From Armatimonadia bacterium (GTDB lineage Bacteria > Armatimonadota > Zipacnadia > Zipacnadales > UBA11051), in the NCBI GenBank assembly GCA_039683575.1, contig JBDKRC010000194.1, positions 1-17,198 on the forward strand: a stretch of 17,198 nt of DNA, in the 5' to 3' direction. Shown one piece after another: positions 1-7,558 of this stretch. The notes below the pieces were generated by a model. It ran no database searches and was not told the origin of the DNA. It saw only the letters and a program-made list of their open reading frames with translations. The translations under genes were made by a program, and so were the position numbers. Each line of letters opens with the position of its first letter. The first letter of the stretch is position 1.

Positions 1-1197
1 CGGCTGCCGGAGGTCAAGGAGGGGGAGAATGCTTGGGGGGATTATGTGCAGTTGTTTCACTTGCGGGAGGATGGGAGCGGACCGCGGCTCCGGCGGGTGG
101 GGGAACTGTCTGAGCGGCAGTTGAAGACGCTTGATAGCTTCGGGCCGACAGATGATGAACAGCGAAAGCTGCGGCATGCTCCGGCGGTGCGACGGACGAT
201 TGCGGCTCTGGAGGCGGCGAGTCGGAAGCCCCGGATGGCCGCACCCATCACGTTTGAGGATGGTTGGGTAGATGACAGAGATGTCTCCAAGTTGTGCGTC
301 TGCGGCCGAATCTGCCAGAACCAGGCTCGCGCCGCTGCGCTAGAGGGAGACGTGGCACAGGCGGGGGAACTGCTGCTCGTGGCCCTGCGGATTGCAGGAC
401 AACTGGCCCAACGTCCCACTGTAATGGCCCAGGCCATGGCCCGAAATGTGTACCGCGCAATAGTAGATTCAGGGGAGCAGATCCTTGCCAGCGGCACTAT
501 CCCGGCGCTTCAGTCAAAGCAGTTGCGGCGGGAACTCGATCTGCAGCGCTCTCACCTGACTATGGGCTGGCAGCGGGCTCTGCCAACGGAACGCGCTGAG
601 AAGATGAGCCTCTACCGGTCGTTCGAGTGGCAGCGCGAGGAGGCAGTTCGGTACCCCTGCTGGGAGTTGGTATTCCCATGCTACGGCCCGGCAGACAATG
701 TGGCAGGGACTATCGCGTACAGTCTCGCCAACATCGCGCCGTATTGGCGGCGACAGCAGATGATAACCTTGGACACACTCCAGAGGCTGACCCCTCTGGC
801 GCAGGCCCCGGCTGAGCACTTGACGGAGCTTGTAGCCTTGCGCAATTCGCTAGACAAGGACTCCATAGATATCGCGACGGTCATGGGCTTCGCCCTTGCG
901 GCAACGATCATTCACAGCCAGGTGGCACAGTTGCGGATGAACCAGTTCTCGGTTGCGCTGGCGCTTAATGATTACTACCGCGAGCGTGGGCGGTATCCGG
1001 AGAGGTTGGGGGAGTTGCCGCAGCCTTTGCCGGGGGATGTGCTTAGCGGGGAGGCGTTTCGGTACCGGCGCGTGGGGGCGAAGTATTTGCTTTATGCGAT
1101 TGGGGCGGATCGACGGGATGATGGGGGGAAGGGGCCGAAGCCGAGGCAGGCGGATGAGGCGGGGGATTGGGTTTGGGAGACGGAGAGGCGGCGGTAA
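1..1197 (+). CDS. Hypothetical protein, 5'-truncated by the window; C-terminus resembles the GspG/pseudopilin-type tail
   Basis: Frame 1 is open from base 1 (RLPEVKEGENAWGDYVQLF...) to TAA at 1195-1197. C-terminal ALALNDYYRERGRYPERLGEL...FRY...YLLYAIGADRRDDGG resembles a pattern common in Planctomycetota/Armatimonadota hypothetical proteins. Confidence 0.7.
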   Translation, partial: RLPEVKEGENAWGDYVQLFHLREDGSGPRLRRVGELSERQLKTLDSFGPTDDEQRKLRHAPAVRRTIAALEAASRKPRMAAPITFEDGWVDDRDVSKLCVCGRICQNQARAAALEGDVAQAGELLLVALRIAGQLAQRPTVMAQAMARNVYRAIVDSGEQILASGTIPALQSKQLRRELDLQRSHLTMGWQRALPTERAEKMSLYRSFEWQREEAVRYPCWELVFPCYGPADNVAGTIAYSLANIAPYWRRQQMITLDTLQRLTPLAQAPAEHLTELVALRNSLDKDSIDIATVMGFALAATIIHSQVAQLRMNQFSVALALNDYYRERGRYPERLGELPQPLPGDVLSGEAFRYRRVGAKYLLYAIGADRRDDGGKGPKPRQADEAGDWVWETERRR

Positions 1198-1212
1198 GGC
1201 GAACGGCGTCCG

Positions 1213-1354
1213 GGCCCGACAGGCATGTCGCAGTCTGTCGGGGCCAGTGGCCCCTCCCACGCCAGGCTCTCCCCCGCCTCGCGAAGGTTGGTGGGAGTGG
1301 GTGCGGGACGCACCCACCTACGCGGGGTGATCCTTCACTTCGTTCAGGATGACA
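1213..1354. repeat. Cluster of REP-like palindromes between convergent genes
   Basis: CCCGACAG..CTGTCGGG (1215-1242); GGGGCCAGTGGCCCC-TCCCAC (1240-1260); GTGGGTGCG-GGA-CGCACCCAC-CTAC (1297-1321); GATCCTTCACTTCGTTCAGGATGAC (1329-1353). The last three types recur elsewhere in the window. Confidence 0.85.
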
Positions 1355-1374
1355 AGGCAAGGTGGCGAGGCGTA

Positions 1375-3045
1375 CTAGGCTGGGCGGATTTGGGCTGGCC
1401 TCTCCCCCGCCTCGTGCAGGCGCTGCTGGAGGCGGGCGGCTAGTTGGGCTCTTACCTCTTTGTGGGCGGGACTTGCTACCAGATTTTCCCTTTCGTGCGG
1501 GTCGTTTTCCAGGTCATAGAGGAAGTCCTCTATGTACACGTCGCTGTCCGGAACGTTCCACGGGTGGGATTGTGGGGCGCGGACTGAGTATTTCCACTTC
1601 TTCGTGCGCAGGCAGCGGCCGATTTGGGATTCGCTGATCTGGGCGAAGATGTCCGTGGGCCAGTCGGGGGCGCCCGCGAGGGCTTGCTGGAGGGGGCGGC
1701 CTGCCATGGTGTCGGGGATGGGGAGGCCGGCGGCGGCGAGGATGGTGGGGGGGAGGTCTATGAGGCTGGCGAGATGGGGGGAGACGTGGCCGGGCCGGAT
1801 GTCAGACCGCGGTGAGGCTGCGGTCTGACATTCGGCCCCTCCATTGATGGCGGCGGAGGCGGGCGAGACGCCCGGGGTTGAAACCCCGGGCTGGGGGAGG
1901 AGCGTCCCTCCGGGACACGGAGAAGAGGCGCCAGAGGCGGGCAAGAATGCCCTGCGACGTGGCACGTCGCTTCGCGCACCCACGGCAGGAGCGGGCGAGA
2001 CGCCCGCACTACGCGTGGGTGGAGGAGGCGGGAGTGGATCGTGGATAACGGCATGCGGGCAGGATGCCCGCGCACCTACGGCAACGATGGAGGGAGACGC
2101 CGAACGGCCGGACGGCGGGGTACGAGCCCCCGCCCCACAGTCAGAGGAGGGGAAGCCGGGGCCTGTTAGGACCATGGGGATACGGAGGCTGGCGTCGTGG
2201 CAGGAGCGTTTGTACTCGCTGTTGCGGGTGCAGAAGTGGCTGCCGTGGTCGCTGGTGTAGATTACCAGCGTGTTGTCGAGGAGGTTGCGGGCGGATAGGG
2301 TCTCGCGGACGCGGCCGAGGTTGTGGTCGAGGCTCGCGCAGGCGCCGAGGTAGTCGGGGTAGTTCTCGCGCCAGTTGCCCTCGGTGCCGATCAGGTCGCC
2401 GGGGACGTCGTAGTTGGCGAACCGTTCCTGGGAGCCTGCGGGGCCTACCATGCGGCCGAGGTCGTTTTGGTGGTGGGGCTCGAGGTAGGAGACGAAGAGG
2501 AAGAAGGGGCGCTCGCCGTCGCGTGTATTGAGGTAGTCGAGGACGAAGTCCGTTTCGCGGTCCACGCGGTAGCCCTCGAAGTCTACCCGGTTGCCGTCGC
2601 CGTCGAACATGTGGCCCTCGAAGGGGTGGGAAGTGAATTCGAGGACGTCGGCGGCGAGCCAGTAGTCGTAGCCGCCGCGGCGCTCGGGCGGGACGGGGAG
2701 TTCGCGGAAGTCGTGCTCGGCGTCGGAGGCGAGGTGCCATTTGCCGATGTAGCCGGTTTCGTAGCCGGCGGCGGACAGGCGCTGGGCGACGGTGATTTCG
2801 TCGAGCGGGAGGGCGCGGTTGTTGGTGAAGCAGCCGACCTGAGTGGCCCATTTGCCGGTCTGCAGGCAGGCGCGGGCGGGCCCGCAGACGGGCTGGCAGG
2901 TGAAGGCGCTTTCGAAGCGGACGCCCTCGGCGGCCATTTGGTCGAGGTTGGGGGTAAGGGGGAGGCGCTGGCCGTAGCAGCCGCAGGTGTCCCAGCGCTG
3001 CTGGTCGGAGAAGAAGACGATGATGTTGGGGCGGTCGGCGCTCAT
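1375..3045 (-). CDS. Sulfatase (formylglycine-dependent, Cys-type) with an in-frame insertion of about 118 codons derived from repeats
   Basis: [22 protein letters not shown] (CxPxR), [28 protein letters not shown] and [14 protein letters not shown] are canonical sulfatase motifs. GGAGG lies 5 nt before the ATG. Residues about 299-416 are low-complexity and map to palindromes. Confidence 0.95.
   Translation of the reverse strand: MSADRPNIIVFFSDQQRWDTCGCYGQRLPLTPNLDQMAAEGVRFESAFTCQPVCGPARACLQTGKWATQVGCFTNNRALPLDEITVAQRLSAAGYETGYIGKWHLASDAEHDFRELPVPPERRGGYDYWLAADVLEFTSHPFEGHMFDGDGNRVDFEGYRVDRETDFVLDYLNTRDGERPFFLFVSYLEPHHQNDLGRMVGPAGSQERFANYDVPGDLIGTEGNWRENYPDYLGACASLDHNLGRVRETLSARNLLDNTLVIYTSDHGSHFCTRNSEYKRSCHDASLRIPMVLTGPGFPSSDCGAGARTPPSGRSASPSIVAVGARASCPHAVIHDPLPPPPPTRSAGVSPAPAVGARSDVPRRRAFLPASGASSPCPGGTLLPQPGVSTPGVSPASAAINGGAECQTAASPRSDIRPGHVSPHLASLIDLPPTILAAAGLPIPDTMAGRPLQQALAGAPDWPTDIFAQISESQIGRCLRTKKWKYSVRAPQSHPWNVPDSDVYIEDFLYDLENDPHERENLVASPAHKEVRAQLAARLQQRLHEAGERPAQIRPA
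1792..2151. repeat. Intragenic cluster of REP-like palindromes inside the sulfatase CDS
   Basis: 19-bp stem 1792-1838; CCCGGGGTTGAAACCCCGGG 1871-1890 plus GTCCCTCCGGGAC; GCGACGTG-G-CACGTCGC 1954-1970; GCGGGCGAGACGCCCGC 1991-2007; GCGGGCAGGATGCCCGC 2055-2071; GGCGGGGTACGAGCCCCCGCC 2114-2134. Confidence 0.9.
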
Positions 3046-3287
3046 TCCAGCCTCCGGGCGGCAGAATTGGCAGCATCAGGGAACAAAAGTCTCATCCGAA
3101 CCGGCAGGAGAAGCGTCAATACTTGAGGAATAAAGTATTTGTAGTTCCGCGGCGAAATACCTGCTCACGGAGGCCACTAAGGAAGAGCGTGGCTTTGCTT
3201 GAGTCTGGGAGGAGACCTACGTTCGCGGGCAAAACACAGACGCAATATTGTCGGCGTTGCACATACCACAGGTTAGGAGATGATAGC

Positions 3288-3989
3288 ATGAGGAGACGTG
3301 GCTTTACGCTCATTGAGTTGCTGGTTGTGATCGCGATCATTGCGATTCTGGCAGCCATTCTGTTCCCGGTGTTTGCCAAGGCGCGGGAGAAGGCTCGCCA
3401 AGCTTCGTGTCTGTCGAACATCAAGCAGCTGATGCTTGGAGTGATTCAGTATGCCCAGGACTATGACGAAACACTACCGTCTTACCGTGTAAACAACGCG
3501 CTTTACCCGAGCGTGTGGCTAGACCGGGACAATACGGGGGCCATGGACCGGCATTTCTGGATGGAACAGATCGAGCCGTACCTCAAGAACGTGCAGATAC
3601 TCTTCTGCCCGAGCCAGGGCGGCATGGGTCAGGGCGTGACGTCCGGCGGGAAGATGTACCCGAACTACTGCTTCAACGGGGTGGCAAGCGCGCAACGGTT
3701 GGCGGTGTTCCAGAGCACTTCAACGAAGATCATCATCGGCGACATAGGCAAGATTGACACGACCCGGACGCCGGTGGGATATCTGGAGAACTGGTTCATC
3801 AACACGGGCCCGACTACCACCTGGCAGCAATACTTCTGGTGGTCTGAGATCCACAACGGTGGCGGGAACTACGGGTATCTCGATGGCCATGCGAAGTGGC
3901 TGGGCGCCAAAGATGGGGCGCTGGGGCCGGTAGTGGCGACTGGCAGTTCGCTGCCTGGCGACCAGACTGGGTCTTGGATGGCAAACTAA
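3288..3989 (+). CDS. Prepilin-type N-terminal cleavage/methylation domain protein with H-X9-DG C-terminal motif (DUF1559-like)
   Basis: [78 protein letters not shown] at 3275-3280 precedes ATG 3288, so the ORF-track start at 3123 is probably too long. Confidence 0.93.
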   Translation: MRRRGFTLIELLVVIAIIAILAAILFPVFAKAREKARQASCLSNIKQLMLGVIQYAQDYDETLPSYRVNNALYPSVWLDRDNTGAMDRHFWMEQIEPYLKNVQILFCPSQGGMGQGVTSGGKMYPNYCFNGVASAQRLAVFQSTSTKIIIGDIGKIDTTRTPVGYLENWFINTGPTTTWQQYFWWSEIHNGGGNYGYLDGHAKWLGAKDGALGPVVATGSSLPGDQTGSWMAN

Positions 3990-4004
3990 GAGGTGACGGG
4001 GTGT

Positions 4005-4029
4005 GTGGGTGCGAGACGCACCCACCTAC
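4005..4029. repeat. REP-like palindrome GTGGGTGCG-AGA-CGCACCCAC-CTAC
   Basis: One mismatch to 1297-1321; related to 13816-13840; GTAG end on the - strand. Confidence 0.85.
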
Positions 4030-4084
4030 GCGTGGAGGGAACAGCGGGGGAGGCAGTGTGAGATAGGTATACGTACGAGAAGAG

Positions 4085-4115
4085 AGGCCGCCACGGAAGT
4101 GGCGGCCTTTTTTTT
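4085..4115 (+). terminator. Intrinsic terminator after the first DUF1559-like gene
   Basis: AGGCCGCCAC-GGAA-GTGGCGGCCT perfect 10-bp stem ending in a run of 8 T. Confidence 0.85.
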
Positions 4116-4172
4116 GTGGGCGTCAGTCTGACACGATGAATAGTGGGGAAGACGCCCTAGCCAGCAGGGAGG

Positions 4173-4260
4173 GCGTGCGAAGCCGACGTCGCTTCACGTA
4201 CCTACGGCCCGAGCGGGCAGGATGCCCGCGCACCTACGGCCGGAGTGAACGGCCGGAAGC
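4173..4260. repeat. REP-like pair: ...ACGTCGCTTCACGTACCTAC then GCGGGCAGGATGCCCGCGCACCTAC
   Basis: 4186-4208 resembles 1964-1986. 4213-4240 is identical to 2055-2082 and nearly identical to 7292-7319. Confidence 0.85.
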
Positions 4261-4406
4261 GCCACCGACAGGTCCATTTTCAGGGCAGGGGTGGAGGCAA
4301 AAGCACACGAAAAAGTTTCATCCGTGGCGGAACGTGGAGTGTTTATAACAACGAAGGTAATATTGTGGCGAATTTGCATAGCTCAGGCAGTTCAAGGAGG
4401 CCGTGA

Positions 4407-5111
4407 ATGACAATACGTGGTTTTACGCTGATCGAGTTGTTGGTCGTAATCGCCATCATCGCCATTTTGGCGGCGATTCTGTTCCCGGTATTTGCGAAAG
4501 CGCGCGAGAAGGCCCGGCAGTCGAGTTGCCTTAGCAATGTCAAACAGCTTGGCCTGGCGATCATGCAGTATTCTCAGGATTACGATGAGCGGTTGCCGAT
4601 GGGTTATGACCTGGGGACGCCCCGTTGCGGGATAATCCAGAGCACGCAACCGTACACCAAAAACTTCCAGGTGCATGACTGCCCCAGCGCGAGCGAAAAG
4701 TCACAGAATAGCTATCTGGGCAGCCGTAGCTACGGCTACAACAGCAGCATCATCCAGTCCGGAGCAAATACCTCGGCGAGCCTGGGACAGATAGTGCGCC
4801 CGGCGGAGATCGTGATGTTAGGCGATGTGTGCCAGGACAACAACGCGACGTACCGCTTCTCTCCTCCGACCGCAGGACCGTTCCAGTGCGATCCGGATGG
4901 GTCACACTGCAAAGTGTGCGGCGGGACGCATAACTCACGGTATGCCGACAGCGGGCACGGCAGCATCTATGACCGGCCGGGCTTCAACTTCATCGAGCGT
5001 CATAACGGGATGGGTAACGTCGGCTTCTGCGACGGCCATGCCAAGGCGATGAAGCACATGGACCTGTATCAGAATGGTGTTAACCACCCGTATTTCGACT
5101 GGAACCTGTAG
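4407..5111 (+). CDS. Second prepilin-type N-terminal cleavage/H-X9-DG protein (DUF1559-like)
   Basis: [77 protein letters not shown] at 4395-4400. Confidence 0.93.
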   Translation: MTIRGFTLIELLVVIAIIAILAAILFPVFAKAREKARQSSCLSNVKQLGLAIMQYSQDYDERLPMGYDLGTPRCGIIQSTQPYTKNFQVHDCPSASEKSQNSYLGSRSYGYNSSIIQSGANTSASLGQIVRPAEIVMLGDVCQDNNATYRFSPPTAGPFQCDPDGSHCKVCGGTHNSRYADSGHGSIYDRPGFNFIERHNGMGNVGFCDGHAKAMKHMDLYQNGVNHPYFDWNL

Positions 5112-5138
5112 ATGACGGTGTGTGGATGACGTGAGTCC

Positions 5139-5187
5139 GGCCGGGGTTGAAACCCCGGCCTGAGGGACGAGCGTCCCTCCGGGACGC
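5139..5187. repeat. Bipartite palindromic element GGCCGGGGTTGAAACCCCGGCC + GCGTCCCTCCGGGACGC
   Basis: Same element at 1871-1916 and 6061-6109, with compensatory changes at the stem base (CCC/GGG, GGCC/GGCC, GACC/GGTC). Confidence 0.85.
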
Positions 5188-5213
5188 CGTCAGACATCCC
5201 TGAATAGGATACC

Positions 5214-5255
5214 AAGCGCCTCATCTGTAGCTGTACAGAGGGGGCGCTTTTCTTT
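5214..5255 (+). terminator. Probable intrinsic terminator after the second DUF1559-like gene
   Basis: AAGCGCCTCATCTGTA-GCTG-TACAGAGGGGGCGCTT imperfect stem followed by TTCTTT. Confidence 0.6.
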
Positions 5256-5267
5256 ATTATGGGCTTC

Positions 5268-6035
5268 ATGCGTCTCTTTGATTCCCATTGTCATCTTAAT
5301 GATCCGAAGTTTGGGGCCGATCTACCTGAGGTGCTGAAGGCGGCGCGGGCGGCGGGGGTGGTGGGGATGATGGTGGTGGGTTATGATCTGGTGAGTAGCC
5401 AGTTTGCGGCGGATATTGCGGCGCGGGAGGGGGATTGCTGGGCGGCGGTGGGGCTGCACCCGCATGACGCGTCGGACGCGGATAAGGCTTTGCTGGCGCA
5501 ACTGCGGGAACTGGCGGGGCAGCCGCGGGTGGTGGCGATCGGGGAGACCGGGCTGGACTACTTCCGGAACCTGTCGCCGCGGCCGGACCAGCGGCGGGCG
5601 TTTGAGGCGTTTATCGGGATGAGCGCGGAACTGGGGCTGCCGCTGATCGTACACTGCCGCGAGGCGCAGGAGGATGTGCTGGAGGTGCTGGACGCGAACC
5701 GGCAGGCGGGGCAGACGGTGGTCATGCATTGCTTCGCCGGAGGAGTCGCGTTTGCGGAGGAGTGTCTGCAGCGGGGGTTCTACCTGGGGCTGGCGGGGAC
5801 GATAACTTATCCAAAATCGTTTGCACTGAAGCAAGTTGCGAAAGAGGCTCCTCTGGAGCGGCTTTTGATTGAGACCGATGCGCCGTGGTTGCCGCCACAG
5901 GCTTACCGGGGCAAGCGCAATGAGCCGGTGTATGTGGCACTGGTGGCGGAAAAGGTTGCGGAGAAGCGCGGGATGACGGTGGAGGAGATTGGGGAGGCGA
6001 CGGAGGCCAATGCGCGGGCGGCGTTTTTGGGTTGA
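5268..6035 (+). CDS. tatD: TatD family hydrolase/DNase
   Basis: LFDSHCHL, AVGLHPH, AIGETGLDY, IVHCRE, MHCF, LIETDAPW, RGKRNEP. The start could alternatively be ATG 5259. Confidence 0.95.
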   Translation: MRLFDSHCHLNDPKFGADLPEVLKAARAAGVVGMMVVGYDLVSSQFAADIAAREGDCWAAVGLHPHDASDADKALLAQLRELAGQPRVVAIGETGLDYFRNLSPRPDQRRAFEAFIGMSAELGLPLIVHCREAQEDVLEVLDANRQAGQTVVMHCFAGGVAFAEECLQRGFYLGLAGTITYPKSFALKQVAKEAPLERLLIETDAPWLPPQAYRGKRNEPVYVALVAEKVAEKRGMTVEEIGEATEANARAAFLG

Positions 6036-6060
6036 TTAGAGAGGGTGTACGCCGCGGGGC

Positions 6061-6308
6061 GACCGGGGTTGAAACCCCGGTCTGAGGAATGAGCGTCCCT
6101 CCGGGACGCGGGAGACGACGGGGACCGGCCGTGAGACCGCGGGGCGACTATTGGTCGGTGATAACGGCAGGGCCGGCTGAAGCTCGGCCCCTCCGGGGAG
6201 AGAATGAGCGTCCCTCCGGGACGTGGGAGACGACGGGGACCGGCTTGAGACCGCGAGGCGACTGTTGGTCGGTGATAACGGCAGGGCCGGCTGAAGCTCG
6301 GCCCCTCC
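6061..6308. repeat. REP-like cluster containing a tandem duplication of about 108 nt
   Basis: GACCGGGGTTGAAACCCCGGTC 6061-6082. Unit 1 (6087-6194) and unit 2 (6202-6308) differ by a few substitutions and one indel; each ends in GGGCCGGCTGAAGCTCGGCCCCTCC. Confidence 0.9.
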
Positions 6309-6331
6309 AGCAAACGGCGAGGAAGAGTAAC

Positions 6332-7186
6332 GTGATAGTTGCCATCATTCAGGCTCGGATGGGTGCCAGCCGGTTTCCTAACAAGACGCTGGTGCCGATC
6401 TTTGAGCATACGCTTTTGGGGTGGACCATCCTGGCGGTTAAGGCTTCGCGGCTCGTGGATAGGGTGGTTGTGGCTACTACTACCGATGCGAATGACACGC
6501 CTGTGTTTGAGCACGCGCAGGAGCATGGGGTGGCGGCGTTTCGGGGGAGCGAGAATGATGTGCTGGACCGGTTCGTGCAGTGCGCGCGGGAGTTTGAAGC
6601 AGATGTGATTGTGCGGATCAGCGGCGATTCCCCCTTGTGGTCTCCCTGGGCGAGCGACTTTGTCATTGACCAACAGCAGCGGACGGGCGTGGACTATGCG
6701 TCGAATTGCGTGCATGACGTCTATCCGCTGGGGGTGCAGAGCGAGGTGTTCACGCGGGAGGCGTTGGAGGCGAGTGTGGCGCTGGCGGATTTGCCGACCG
6801 ACCATGAGCATGCGACGCCGGCCTTGCGGCGGCACTTCCCGCGGTTCAGCGTTTTGAGCGTACTGGCGCCGCCGGAGCTTGAGCGGCCGCAGTACCGGTT
6901 GTGTGTGGACAACCTCGATGATCTGGCAGTAGTGAAGGAGTTGTTTGAGAGGGTGCCGCATGAGGCGGACTTGCCGCCGGATTTGCTGGCGGTATGCGAG
7001 GAGCTGGATGGGGATGAGGAGTTGCGGGGGCGGAATGCGAGTGTGGTGCAGAAGTACAAGACCGGGAATGATTTGCAGGGGAAGGCGCCGACGGTGATGA
7101 TGCCGCTGGCGTGGAGGGAAACGGCGAAAACGGAAAACAGAGAACGGAAAACAGGGGGAAACGGCGGGGGGAATGAGGGAGAGTGA
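6332..7186 (+). CDS. SpsF-like cytidylyltransferase (NeuA/KdsB superfamily)
   Basis: VIVAIIQARMGASRFPNKTL, FRGSENDVLDRF, IVRISGDSPL, YPLG, EHATP, YRLCVDNLDDL. GTG 6332 follows GAGGAAG. The ORF-track extension from 6089 is repeat-derived. Confidence 0.88.
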   Translation: MIVAIIQARMGASRFPNKTLVPIFEHTLLGWTILAVKASRLVDRVVVATTTDANDTPVFEHAQEHGVAAFRGSENDVLDRFVQCAREFEADVIVRISGDSPLWSPWASDFVIDQQQRTGVDYASNCVHDVYPLGVQSEVFTREALEASVALADLPTDHEHATPALRRHFPRFSVLSVLAPPELERPQYRLCVDNLDDLAVVKELFERVPHEADLPPDLLAVCEELDGDEELRGRNASVVQKYKTGNDLQGKAPTVMMPLAWRETAKTENRERKTGGNGGGNEGE

Positions 7187-7198
7187 GTGCGGGGGAGA

Positions 7199-7495
7199 GT
7201 GGGTGCGGACGCCCGCCCTACGAAGAGGGTGAAATCGGCTGTAGGGCGGGGGCTCGTACCCCGCCGCTCGGAAGGTCGGTGATAACGGTCGGCGGGCAGG
7301 ATGCCCGCGCACCCACGGCGGGACACGGCGAGACGCCCGTCCTACTGAGCCGGTGAAATCGGCTGTAGGGCGGGGGCTCGTACCCCGCCGCTCGGATGGT
7401 CGGTGATAACGGCCGGCGGGGTACGAGCCCCCGCCCTACAGCCGGAGCCCCCGCCCTACGGCCGACGACTTCCGGCACACGGAGTGTGCCTACCA
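7199..7495. repeat. Large REP/REPIN-like cluster
   Basis: Direct repeat 7228-7296 vs 7352-7420; perfect 31-bp inverted repeat 7360-7390/7414-7444 carrying GTAG...CTAC ends; further palindromes at 7199-7221, 7292-7316, 7326-7345 and 7474-7493. Confidence 0.92.
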
Positions 7496-7558
7496 CGCGA
7501 CAAGGTGTGCCCGTCACGCGGGCAAGAAGAGATACCGTCGAAAGGACTTTTTTGTTTT

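Noticed and set aside
1267-1414. 15-nt direct repeat CTCTCCCCCGCCTCG at 1267 and 1400 as a target-site duplication
   Set aside because: It is low-complexity and does not cleanly bracket an element; chance cannot be excluded.
1798-2151. Sulfatase insert as an intein or group I/II intron
   Set aside because: No C-terminal His-Asn/nucleophile junction or recognisable intron core; the sequence is largely accounted for by the window's dispersed palindromes.
3123-3287. 55-codon extension of the first DUF1559-like gene
   Set aside because: The prepilin leader MRRRG-F and an SD indicate the start at 3288.
4366-4379. TGGCGAATTTGCAT as a sigma54 promoter
   Set aside because: GG-to-GC spacing is 7 nt, not the required 10.
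4885-4932. CKVC as a c-type heme motif
   Set aside because: It is CxxCG, not CxxCH.
5903-7312. Long antisense or alternative-frame ORFs (5903-7312, 12655-13836, 2141-3076, 2323-3126 and others)
   Set aside because: They overlap well-supported genes, have biased low-complexity composition and carry no recognisable motifs; shadow ORFs.
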